From Daphnia carinata (lineage: Eukaryota), in the NCBI RefSeq assembly GCF_022539665.2, contig NC_081331.1, positions 7,626,001 through 7,690,000 of the forward strand: DNA of 64,000 nt, read 5' to 3'. Of the stretch, positions 11,902 to 23,858 are shown piece by piece; the first letter of the stretch is position 1; each line of letters opens with the position of its first letter. The notes under the pieces are model-generated. The model was not told the DNA's origin, did not search any database, and saw nothing but the letters and a program-made list of their open reading frames with translations. The translations under genes were made by a program, and so were the position numbers.

Positions 11902-14900
11902 CAGTATAGAACCGTAACAAAGGTTGAAACCCGCTATCTCTGCTATCTCCTTCTGATAATGGCAATCGAAAATGAAAAAATACTTGACATTTAATTATTT
12001 AAATATTAGAATATTTTTAATAAATACATAAATAGCTTAATGAAATCCGAACGTCACACTATTTCTTCGAAGCGATTATCTTCAATACATCAAATTTTAA
12101 ACACCATGTCTAATGTGGTACACCAGATATCCAGTTTGCCCTCCTTAATTTTTTTCTTTTAATTTTTTCAGTTTCAAAAAATGTGTTTACTACTAAACTA
12201 CCCAACCAATTTGAATGAAAAAATTGTGAACATGCATTTAAGTACACTTTACAGTATCATACCTTTCAAAGAACTAAATTTCATTACTTTTTCGAAATAA
12301 AGGCAAAAAACTTCTTTTTTTCCCAGTTTGGGTCCGCTCTCTCCTAGAGGTATTTATCCTTGACCTTGGTCGAACTGCGTCAGCTGAAGAAAAAGTATAT
12401 CTTTTGACACCTGATAGTTTTTTTTTACTGAAGGAGGTTAGGCTCAGAAATAAAAATTATTGAATAAAGTCAGTCGCACCTCTAAATTTCCTCTACAGCC
12501 ATGTTTTAGGTGAGCCAGTCTACCGTAAGGCGGTTAGAAAATGGATCCGTCGATTTTCAGAAACTTTTGACGTGAAGCGCAAATTAGGATCTGGAGTAAC
12601 CCGTAAAACGATGCGAACACAAGATGCAATGTTGTTGCAGGCCGTCGCGGCGAAACCTATAACAACTCTGTAGGAACTAAAAGTTAACAATAAATACAAA
12701 TATTTACCTCATACATTATTAAAGCTTGATCTTCTTTAGATATTTGTGAATGCCCATTCATCGAGGAACGATTTCTCGAAGGCTAAAATTGCATGGGATT
12801 CACGAAAGAACGATGCACGAACGAATTCCTTACAGAATTCCAAAAAATACAAGATTAGTATTCGCAACGGAATTCGTTAAAAAGGATGCAGATTGGTGGG
12901 CAAAAATAATATTCGGTGATGAAAAAACGTTTTTGATAAAAAATTTATTAGGGTAATTTTTCTTAATTTTGATTTCATTTCTTATTAATGTTCGTTTAAC
13001 AGTTCCCACGAGTGTGCGCGTTATGAACGAGACTTAACCCTAGACACACTCAGACGATTAAACGGAACGGGAGACAATCAATTCCAGTTTAGGCCTTGTT
13101 TTCGTCTCACGGCGCCAGGAAAATGCATCGCGTCTGCGGCCGTCTAACGGCAAAGAAATATATCACAATATTAGAGAAAATCTCTTATCATCTGCATGGG
13201 CTAGGTTTGGAACGGATGAGCTCATACCATTTGTTCAGGGTCATCCCCCATCAACAGGAGTTTCCTCGTACGGGATTGTTTTGAAGATGAGGGTGTCTTT
13301 TCTTTCTTTCAAATGTAGGTGTCGCTGACCATGGCTGGTAGCCACTGATTGCCGCTTACGCGTCGTTGTGGACATCCCTTGCAAACCCTTTGCTTCGATT
13401 TATTGAATATTTTTTTGAGGGAAAGGTAACATTTTACGCAGAAAGATAACAAGGAGTAAAACAGCGTGGGGAGTGGGATATACATCTCACGCGGCCTATT
13501 ATTATATTGTTTCAATTAGTTTTGTTTCCGTTAGGAAGGCAGTGAGGTAGGGCGCTAGTAGTGTCAGCACTTCAAGAGGAATGTGCAGGATTTTGTTTTA
13601 GTTCCTTCTTATTTCTTGCTTCATTATATTGTTGGCAGTAGAGGAGTGCTTGGGTTGTGTCTCCTTGCTCAAGGCATCTGTGTGGGCATTCATCAGGAGT
13701 TTCCGCTTCGAGTTTGCTAATGAAGTGATTAGTTTGTTGTGGCAACTACGAAGGCGGAACATAGCAATTTGCATGCTTCTTTTTTTGTTCTTGTGTCATA
13801 GTAGAAATCCAAAGGCCTCTCTGTTGACCACTGCCACGTTTTTTTAAATTGATTTCAGTCTGCTAAACGTGATGTTTCTGTGGTTGGATTTGGTAACTGC
13901 TAATTTTTTTATATCTATTCTGTTTATTAGTGTGTTTTCTATTATGTGAGCATGACATTTTTGGGTATTTTTGGCGTGTTGGTAAGCGATTTCGTTCCCT
14001 GGGATCCTTGAATATGAAGGTACCCATGTTAATATGATTTTAATTCCTGAAGAGTTGAGATTGGAAATATGTTGTATAGTTTCAGGCATAGCTGGACTGG
14101 ATTCCCATTTGAAGTTCGATATTGCTTGGCAGCAGGCTTCGAGTCAGTAAAGATTGTAGTTGTTTCTACCTCTTGATTGTTGAGGTGGTACAGGACTTGT
14201 CTTATGGCATATAATTCAGTGTCGAAGCTATTTGTATACTTTTGAAGTAACATGCTTTTTCTTATCTTTGTTTAGGGACGTAGAAGGCACAACTGGCAGT
14301 TTTTTATTGTTCGCACACTGAACCATCTGCGTAAATTTCTAGGCGATTTGGGTCTCGGTTGGATCTGTGGGACTTGAATATTTTATTTGTTTGAGCCTCT
14401 CCTTCTTGAGAGTTCTGTGCTTGTTTCTTTGTCAGTGGGAAAAGTAACGCGGGGATATAGAAGTGTTTCCATGATGGGAGTGGTTCAACTTCCGGTGTAT
14501 CCGAGGCTAGTTTTTTAAAACAGGTTTTGCCAGTTGGGTCCACTTTCCTTAAGTAAATGATGCCTGATGGGGTGCTGTTAGGTTTCCACTACGCTTGTAT
14601 TTCTGTTAGTTGTTGTATGGTGCTGTAGGCCGGGTTCCCTAGTTCTCCATTTAATTTGAGAATATAGTTGTATACGAGTTGGCCCCACATATCTTTAACA
14701 GGGTAGATGCCGAACTTGATCTGGGTTTCTAACTTCAGGACTGGTTCTATAAGTTTCTTTATTGTACTATATCTTTCTCAACTTCTTTCAGTCTGGTCTT
14801 GACTAATCTTGGGATTTATGGGCTTTCTGACGCTCGTTGGAGTTAGTCAACTTTAGCTTTGAGGAGGTCGATTTCTTGTATGAGTGATGTGTGTTCTGTG

Positions 14901-16711
14901 TCTGGGTATGTCGTGCATGTTGGTTCCTTGACTGATTGCACTGATTGGAGTGAATTCTGCCGGCGGTATTTAATGATCTTTTGTTTGTTTGCAAATATAG
15001 GACATTTTGTTGTTCCTGCTGCATACTCAATTTTTGAACATGTCGGGCAATTTGAAGGGTTTACATAGTGGCTTTTCGTGTCGTGTGCACTAGAACATGA
15101 TCTGCATACTGGTTAGTTGGTGCATATTTCTTCGGGGTGGCCGAAGATCCAGCATTTCCGCCATAAGGATGGTCTTGGTATGTATCTCTTGACTGTGTAA
15201 ATTCCATGGGCGATGATGAATTTACGTGGTAGCCTACTAGTCTTTAACTACAGTGTGATCACGAGTAAGGTATTATAGTGTTATTTGGACCTCGAGAGGA
15301 GGACCTCTTTAATTTGGTCACACATTGGTTGGACAATAAATCTAATATTTCTTCCTCAGTATTGTTTGTTGGTACGTTGTACATACACCTCGCACTTCTT
15401 GTTCAGATTTACTGAGCGAACACGAGATTTCATATCCGTTCGCTTGTTTCAGTTGAAGTAGAAGGTATTTCTGTTTATTCGTGGCGGTTAAATGTACAAT
15501 TCCTCACGATGTGTCCATTTTGTTCCAGGTCTCACTTGGCCTATTCTGTCGATGATCCCGATATGAAACCCTTCTTCTCAGTGAAATTCATGTTCGAAAC
15601 GAGTATGGGTCTTCAGCTAGCTTGATAATTATTGGGGCTCCACTTGTTGGGTTGCTTGAAGGGTATTAGGACTTAGTCTTACGCCGTCGTTAAGTGTGCG
15701 TTTCCGCTTTAGATGTATCATTGGAGCGGCTATATCTTCGATTGAGGCACAAGTGAGGCTATGCGTCTCTTCATATTTCTTGTTACCCTCCATTCTACTT
15801 TGGTAGTAAAGGGGAAACACCCCCTTAGCAAATTCTTTTTCTCGTTAATTGGCAGTAGTCGTAATGACGTCTGTACACTATCGCTTCAAGAGGAAGACTA
15901 GGAAAGATGAAGATGTCTCCCTTCAGCTACTTCCGTGGCTACCAAAAGGAGCAAATTTAAACCCCGTGGAAAATGTATCGGGTGAACGGTGCATGAAACG
16001 AATTCCCATTACGCCAAAAATTCCAACGAATTTTGGAGTGCTGTAAATAATACGTGGAACCATCTTAATTAACTCTGCTAATGCCAGATAAGAATCCACA
16101 GATGCGTGGCTTGCGGAAAGCATAGCTGTCAAACTAAGCCTTGTAAGCCATCTAGCGCTAGTACAGCACAAAAAATATCTACATATATATATATTAAAAC
16201 CTTGGACTTTAACTTATGGATTAGAAAAAACCGTATCTAGCTTGTAAGTTTTGAAATATAAGAGCAACGTAAAACACTTGCAATTCATGTAAACTAATAC
16301 AATTTAACAACCTTTTTTCTAGGCAAGAGGCCACGGATAGACGAATATGGAAAGAGCTCATGTCTTTCCTGAAGTTAAAGGACACACGGGAAAGAGCTAA
16401 TGAAGAAACAAAACTTCATTCGCTAAAAAAATCCAGTCAGACGTTCTCGCTGACTTATAGTAGTTAAAGAAGTTATTGGTATTCAAACCATTACCAGTGC
16501 TGTTGCTTTCGTCACACCTGGGCGCTGCCAATATGTCTACAACATTATTTATAGTGTTCAAGAAACGGATTTGGAAGATCAGTGTTGGAAATATCACCTT
16601 CAAGAACATAAATTTATGAAACCGAGAGCAAATCAGAGAGAAAATGTAAAAAAAGTTATTTGAAGAATGGCAAAAGCCACAAACAACTTAGTTTATACTT
16701 TTGTTAAGATT
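11902..16711 (+). mobile_element. Degraded Tc1/mariner transposon with an intron-containing transposase, split by a LINE
   Basis: TA|CAGT start at 11902; decayed right TIR at 16691-16711 (16/21 match). Transposase pieces VRKWIRRF..GSG..RKT, TISRRL, WAKIIFGDEKTF and, after the insertion, LLPWLPKGANLNPVENV. The frame FEDE|DVSLQLLPW is restored on removing 13291-15903 and one TSD copy. Confidence 0.85.
13291..15903 (-). mobile_element. Internally deleted I-clade LINE (ORF1 zinc knuckles and RNase H; endonuclease and RT missing)
   Basis: 7-bp TSD AAGATGA at 13284-13290 and 15904-15910; ORF1 remnant KCWIFGHPEEIC..CRSCSSAH..CPTC; RNase H remnants IYADGS, ELYAI, IFTDSK, WVPSYSRIPGNEIA. Confidence 0.85.
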
Positions 16712-17478
16712 GGCGGTGAAATAGGACTGAAACGAAAATAGGACTGAAAATTTCCAGGCCAATTTCTACAGGAGAAATAGGACTGGGAGAAATAGAACTG
16801 ATTTTTAAAATATTATAGGATAGTTCTATTTCTCTATGGCATCAGCCTATTTCTCCACGGCATTAGTCCTTTTTCTCCTACGAAATAGTCCTATTTCTTT
16901 TAGTTTGGTCCAATAACGATGAGCCTCCAATCCAATATGCAATGTATTGCGTAAGAACGTCGGATTATATCCATTTTTCCTTTACAAATATTGTAATTTT
17001 CGTAGTCATAAACAACTTTGTCCATTGCACTAATGTTTTACTATTTCATACAACTATCGTTACACAATATACAGCTCTTACATATTCTGATTTTGTTCTT
17101 ATAGTATTTTATTAAATGAATTCTATTAGATACAGCATAATTCCTGTTCCCCAGCAATTTAAATTAAAATAAGATAAAAAAGTTTATGTTTTGTGAACTA
17201 TTTAACTAACGAGATAACGCCATTGATCTTTCGAAAAGAAAAAGGATCTAAGCCGACGCTCTTACGTAATATATCGCCTATCGGATTGGAGGCTCATCTT
17301 TCCTATTGGACCAAAATAAAAAAAATAGGACTACTTTGAAAGAAAGATAGGACTAATGCCGTGGAGAAATAGGACTGTCCTAAAGTATTTAAAAGGAAGT
17401 CCTATTTCTGCCAGGCCTATTACCGCCAGTCCTATTTCTTCAGTTCTATTTCGTTTCAATCCTATTTCACCGGCTACC
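16712..17478. mobile_element. Non-autonomous foldback DNA transposon with AAATAGGACT-repeat TIRs
   Basis: Long inverted ends built of GAAATAGGACTG / CAGTCCTATTTC units; right terminus CCTATTTCACCGGCTACC; left terminus slightly truncated; second copy at 30319. Confidence 0.85.
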
Positions 17479-18739
17479 AAAGCCATGCACGTAGACGGTA
17501 ACAGAAAAGCTTACAGCTGGAAATGTGGTTATCTGTATCAAGCTTCTTTCATGTCAACAGTACCCCCCTCCTTAATTGTCCGAAAACCTACCATTTTCAG
17601 AGCTTGTTAACACGGTTTCTTACGGCGGCGGGTGTCTTGCGCGGATGGATAATGGGAGGGGGAGAAAATCGGCGCATATTAATAAAAATTTGGTCGATCT
17701 TTAATCTAAGAATTTATTTGAGATTATTGATATGAGTATTTCGTCAAAATTTTTTAGAATTTTTATCACCTTTATATCATTGTTGAGTTGCATGTTAGTA
17801 AACAAATATCCTAACACCGCATTCAGCAACATGGTGGCTTATGGAATAACCATATTATTTACAGAAATTATTTATTTATGTACTGAGTTTTTTAAAACGC
17901 GATGTCTAAACTATTCGATGGAACACCTTTTAAATATTCGCTCATAAGTAATTCCAATTAAGCCAGCATAGTGTATAAGTGGGAATTATTTTAGTTGACG
18001 ATGAACAAGCATTTTCATCGCAAAAAATCGTTTTTCCCGTTGCTGGCAGAGGCATAAGCTTCTCCATTGTTATTATCCCGCTTCGATCGACTTGGGTTGG
18101 AAATTGAGCACGTATAGTACTTTGTCTTTCGTCAGCTTAATTTCGTTGCTAGTGTCTCTGTGGCAACGCGCTTTCTATGGCAAGAAGAATGCTAGAAGGT
18201 TTTCATCTGGTAATAAAAAAAAATCTCGAGTGCAACTAGTACTTGTACAGACACATAGCGGTTCAAATCCACTGCACCTGTATTTTTGACATATATATCG
18301 TGACTAGCTTATAACTCCGTTACGTATAATAAGGCTCCACAAAACGGAATGCCTGCAAAAGGGGAAATCTCACAAAACGGGAAGAGGGGCTGTTCACACC
18401 AAATTTCCACCGTAGGGCATTTTCCCAAATCTGTTAACGGGAGATTTAAATTTCTGGCGGTACAGTACAGTGGGAATTAATATGGAGGCCAAAAGTAAAC
18501 TGACTGCAGTTTACCATTTGTTTTATTTTATTCTTTTTAAAGTACGATGACGCACCGCAACATTTTCCGGCTTTAACAATATGCTTGTTAACTTCAACAA
18601 GGTCTAGGATCAGGGGAAATAGGGGGATGTAGTACACTGCCGTAGCGAACGAAACATGCACTGAAATGACTCAGTTAAAACTTAAAATTCAAAGAGTGAG
18701 CTAGAGAGCTCAAAATTAGAAAAACAAAGAAAAATTATG

Positions 18740-20353
18740 AAAATGAAGATCCTAGTTCAGCGTTCAGGTCTCGGAAGCGCTACCAACGATTGTCGTTGTT
18801 TAATAAAATGCTAAAGTTATTAATCAATTGATGAACGGCGAATCTCAGGCTAATATTGTAAAAAACTTAGGTTTATCAAAATCTCAAGTCAGCCGAATAA
18901 AGTCAGAAGTGAGAAACTACTGTCGATAGCAAGTGAAAAGTTGATAACATTGAAGTCTAAAGTGTCCACATCGAAGAGCAAGTATCCAAAGTAGATGAGG
19001 CCACTTATGCATGGTTTTCTCGCATGCTGAATCCACTTGGCAGGTGTAAACCGTTGCCATTGAGCCGAAAGGTCATACAATCTCGTGCGAGACGCGAAGC
19101 GTCTTTGCTAGGCTTTGTGAATTTCAAAGCATCCAACGAATGATTTCGCAACTGGCTTTTGAGATAAGAAATGGACCAAGCATGCGTCTTCACGGAAAGG
19201 CTGATGACGTTAACCTGGCAGAGGCGGAGGTAAGTATGAAAAATTTACGCAATGAACTCTCGAATTACGCGCCTGATCATATTTTAAATATGGATGAAAC
19301 GAAATGGATTTTCACGATCGGGGTGACAAAAGACAAAAAGGGAAAGGAACTAAAGCAATGAAATCCAAAGACCGTATAACTTTAGTATTATACGTCAATG
19401 CAACTGCAACTTGCAAGATAGAACCGTTGATTATTGGGACGGCAAAAACCCCTCACTGTTTCCGTTATAATCGGTGTTCTCTTCCGTACACTAACCAGTC
19501 ACGTGCATGGGTAGATAAGACAACATGTAAGCATTGGTGGGATAATGTTTTCCTTCCTCAGGTTCATTGTTTTACAACTAAAAGAGTTGCGTTGGTGATG
19601 GATTCGTGCTCCGGCCATGACAAAATAATCATTGATCCGACTGGCCAAGTTACATATTATTTCCTACCACATGTGACGTATATCTACAAACCCTAGACCA
19701 GGTAATAATTGCAGCTCTGGAAATGAGATACAAGTCGAAAATGCTTGCAAAACTCGTCAAAAGCTACGACAATTTTGAAGCCCTACAACTTCAAGCTGAA
19801 CAAATTCCAAACGACCGTCGTGGATTATCGTTTTGTTGTAGCGCTCATATATTGGATGCTGGGATAATATGCCTGCTTCAACAATCATAGGTTGCTAGAA
19901 TCGAGAAAAATGCCTCACCTTAACTAAAACTGCTGAATTGATTGACACAGATTGAAATTACAACTCTACAGTACACACTACAGGTATTAAACAAATTTGC
20001 GAGTTGTTTAAAGGTAAAACTACATGTTATATATAAAAATGACACATTGTCAATAAAGGCTTCGTCTATCAGATCTCAGATGTGACAACCACCATCATGT
20101 ACAAAAACTTGGACTTGACCATCTAGTTTGCTCAACTTCCGGGTTGTTAAGCCAGTGGCTTGACATTGCGGCTAGTAAATCTGAGTCTTGCTCAGAGGAA
20201 GCGGAAATCATAGCAGTAGACGATGAAAAAGCCGAAGTTGATTCAACCAACCAGCTTCTGCCAACTTGCTCCATCCCCAATGAATCAGCCAACACTTATC
20301 ACCCGGTTGAACCTTCGCCTGAGAGGTGGGATAAATTATTTTCCATAGTTTAG
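18740..20353 (+). pseudogene. Tigger/pogo (CENP-B-like) transposase, disrupted
   Basis: Motifs ILNMDET, KSKDRITLVLYVNAT, PLIIGTAKTPHCF, AWVD and ALVMDSCSGH; multiple frameshifts and stops. Confidence 0.85.
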
Positions 20354-20465
20354 TTACGCCTGATAATCAGTTTAATTTTTTTAAATATATAGGCTTATCA
20401 AAAGCGATATCGGGAAGGTAATGGATTCAGCTCGTTAAATGTTACAAAACGCACAGGAGTCAGGG

Positions 20466-21464
20466 TGTCAGAAATTCTGACGGCCGACTCACAGACTACG
20501 GGCCAGGACGGGACTTGGAGTAGGAACTCAAACCCGGACGACGGGGGGCACCAAGACCTCAGGCGGAAGAAACCAGTTTAGATCCCGCGAGCAGAAATAG
20601 ACACACCGGTAGACGGTAATTGAGAGTAAGCGTGGCCGGAGGAAAAAGGCGACACGCCGTGTATAAAAACCTGGGACCCCGATACATATTATCCAAATAT
20701 GTTGACGTGTTTTACATCTATGTAGAGAGCGGTCTCTAACGAGTCACATCCGTACCTCTCTTCAAAAACCCAACGGAAAGAAGAAGGATAGATGCCGCCT
20801 CAAAGGACCTTGGAACATCGGAGAAGGGGAATTGGAGTATAGCAGGAAGGGATCATCCCGCGGTTAGAAGAAAGCAAAACAAGCGGCGACCTCTAGGCCA
20901 ACGTTGAAATTGATGTCTAAAATTAATAAGTTATTTGTCAACGGTGGGGTTTGTAGGGGTATAAAGAGGGGCTGAATAGGCCTATTCAATACACTCACAT
21001 TTTTGCACCGATCGCGTCTGGTAACTCGCTTTTTCACTTACTTGTCTCGTTGTTGTTGTGCCTGCTGTTCTCTCCGCCGCCGCTGGTCGCCGTTCGCCGC
21101 TGGGTTGCCGCCTCGTGCCTTTTGTGCCTGCCTGCCCGCCGATTCGTCGCCCCGCGCCGCCGCTTTCCCACCTCACCGCGCTGCAGCCTTCCAACAACCA
21201 AAGAGTAAGTAATTAGCAACTTCTTCCCTTATTAACTCTTGTAATTCTCTTAGGTGACGTCCACGCCGACGAGTGTCCAGCCCAGCCACCTTCGCCCGCC
21301 ACGATAGCTCCCCCAAACCGGGAGTCCTATCCTTCATCTTGCTTAACCGGCGACTCTTAGTCGACTCGCCCTTAATAAAATATATATACGCTAGCCCCTA
21401 TAAGGGCTAGGCCGTCTATTATTCTTGTTCTGAGTCGGCAGTCTCCGACGGTGGTTTTTCCACA
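20466..21464 (+). repeat. BEL-1 5' LTR
   Basis: Differs from the 3' LTR by ~2 substitutions and a 2-bp TA indel (by eye); TATAAA at 20960-20965, splice donor GTAAGT at 21205, AATAAA at 21374-21379. Confidence 0.97.
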
Positions 21465-22255
21465 TTTGGTCCTTCGAACCGGAGACGCGACCCCAAAAAA
21501 AAAAAAAAACAAACACACATTCAAACAAACACCCCTATTTCTTTTCCATTACAGTGTCTGACAACCTCCTGTTGCAGCACCAAACGGCAGTTTTTGCCCA
21601 CTTCCAGTTTCTCCTGGACACCGACGCCCGTAGCTACGAGCTCTGGAAAGAGCTGGAGAAGACCATCCCGAGAGGGGTATTTCGAAAGCTCCGCATACCA
21701 GAGCCCTTTCCCGAACAGAAATCCGGGGGAAAATCGACCGACAAGAAAACCCGCATCACCCCGTACAGCCGGCCCGTACCTCCCGGTACCATCGAGACCC
21801 CAGACCACTACCTCGACGCTCAGGAGCGAGCCCAGCTAGCCGCACTACAAGCCGTCCGGGATTCCAGCGCCGAGGTGATATCCGGAGCCCAGAAGGCCCG
21901 GGAAAACGCTGAGAAGCGGCGACAACTCTTACTAGAAACCAGCCGCCTCCGCCGTGATAAGGAGAACATCAGACGTCGAGAAGAAGCCCTCGCCCAAGCT
22001 CGGAGCCTCACCCCGGTGATCACCCCCGAGCCCCAGCCCGGACCTTCTCGACCACCCACCGCAGCCGTACCATCCGCCGCCCCAGAGACACCGAAGCGCT
22101 CCAAACACCGGACGCCTACTACCCCTCGGAAACTACGAAAATTTGTCCAAGAGGAGAAGGTGGACAAGCACCTGGCCCGGAAATTCGCCCGCACCGGGAT
22201 CATTTCTTCTTCCGACGAGGAGGAAATCTTGAAGTCTCCCCCTTTCTCCGCCTGA
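21204..22255 (+). CDS. BEL-1 accessory ORF0 (233 aa; predicted join 21204 + 21555..22255); basic/coiled-coil protein of unknown function
   Basis: Uninterrupted 233-codon frame with no Met; preceded by acceptor CTTTTCCATTACAG (AG 21553-21554). Joining LTR exon ...CAAAGA to TGTCTGAC gives ATG TCT GAC. Confidence 0.75.
21467..21483 (+). promoter_or_regulatory. Primer-binding site, tRNA-Tyr type
   Basis: TGGTCCTTCGAACCGGA is complementary to the 3' end of eukaryotic tRNA-Tyr (..CCGGCTCGAAGGACCA) with one mismatch. Confidence 0.8.
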
Positions 22256-22369
22256 AAAAATATATATTTGAAAAACAAAAAAAAAAAAAACACAACGTAA
22301 TAATATAATAAAATAAACAGAAATATATCAAACTAAAGCATCCACAAAGACTTGTTCACCTTTTTTACC

Positions 22370-23858
22370 ATGGCTACTTCTATACGGCAAACCAGACCCA
22401 CGCGCCCGGCCGAGGTCTCCGATTCTTCCGACGACTCCCAGAACGAGCAACGTTTAAGCCAGCTGGAAACCGAGATTCGACGTTTAAAAGAGATGTGGGG
22501 CTCACAAGTCATCACCAACCGTCAACACCAGCTAGGCATCGAAGAATTAGGCCAAACAATGCCCAAAAAGGCAGACGAAGACGAAGTTGACTCACTCACC
22601 GAACGTCTAGACCTCTTAGAGAAAAGAGTCAAGGACTACGATGAGTTGGAGAAAAAACTCGAGACCCTGACTGAGCTAATAAACACCATCAACGTCAAGA
22701 GCAATGAGGCGTTAAGTTCAGCGGCGGAATTGATGGAACAAGCCCGCCAAACCACCTGGGAGGCTCACATCCCAACAATCATCGACGCAGTCAAAGAAGA
22801 ATTAAAAGAGGTTATTAATCAAGCAAGGGAACCGAGGGATGACGACAGCTTACCCGGGCTTGAGAACAGCCCGCTGCGGCCAGCGGAACCCTTCCGCACA
22901 TCATCACGCGCCGACAATAACGGCGAGTCAAAGGCTGGGATACTTGAGGATCGAGACATCATCCTCAAGGAATTATTGGAAAGCATAGCACTAATGGATG
23001 CAGACCGAATAAACCGAGACCAGTACTTCGACATCGCGGAAGCTCGTTGGCAGGCCGTAATCACGATTCACGAGAAACTGGCCCAAGTATCAACGGCACC
23101 CGAGAAAGCGAAAGACCGACGACTAGAAGATAAGTACCGTGAAAAAATGAGGAAACTCCGAGAGAAGTACAAGCGTCTCGATGCCCAACCATCGGCCGTG
23201 GTGAGAACCGCACTCCCACTGCCCACCTTCAGCGGCGAGATAACCGCCTGGAAGGGTTGGAGGGCCATCTGGGCCACGTATGACACAGATACAAGGCTCT
23301 CCGAAGTGGAAAAGTTTCAATATTTACGCCTCAGTCTCAAAGGAAAGGCGGCGGAGCTCATCACACATCTAAACTTCGACAACAACCAGTATCAGGCCGC
23401 CATGGAGAGACTAGAGTCTCGCTTCGGGGACCCCGAAAAACTTAAAGCCCACTATATCAACGAGCTGAGAAATATTATAGCGGGCCGACTAAATGAAACC
23501 GCCACCACGAACCAACTACAGACCATGTTCGACGGGCTTACCAACACCAAACTGGCATTGGTAAGTCTAAAACTGGATATGGATAGTTATGGCTCGTACA
23601 TCGCGGGAGACGTATTAAAGGCCTTACCCCGGTCACTTACATCAAGGTGGCTGAGGGAAAAAATTTGCTGACAGAGATCAACCAACGTTCGACATGATCC
23701 TTAAGGAGCTCGATACAGAAATCAGGCTCCGAGAACGAGAAGAAGCCACTGCCAGGCGCCCTGAAACAACACTCCCTCCACGGGAAGAGCCGCAAGAACG
23801 CTCGATCCGAGCTTCTTGTTTCTTCTGTCAGCAGAACCACACGCACCATCGTTGAACC
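22370..23858 (+). CDS. BEL-1 Gag (DUF1759-like region and zinc knuckles); one frameshift and one stop near the 3' end
   Basis: LPTFSGEITAWKGW..LSEVEKFQYLRLSLKGKA..Y..A..RL..RFG; extra A in the run at 23658-23663; TGA at 23853-23855 replaces a zinc-knuckle Cys (CFFCQQNHTHHR*). Confidence 0.9.

Noticed and set aside
16712..17478. Regularly recurring AAATAGGACT units resembling a CRISPR array
   Set aside because: Units are short, inverted at the two ends and irregularly spaced; eukaryotic context and no cas genes. They are subterminal repeats of a foldback transposon.
20982..21219. Short ORFs in the LTRs (duplicated at 28633-28870)
   Set aside because: GC-rich GCC-repeat leader with non-ATG starts; no coding features.
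23655..23671. Programmed -1 frameshift between gag and pol
   Set aside because: The downstream coding frame is +1, the site lies within Gag before the zinc knuckles, and BEL/Pao normally has a single ORF.
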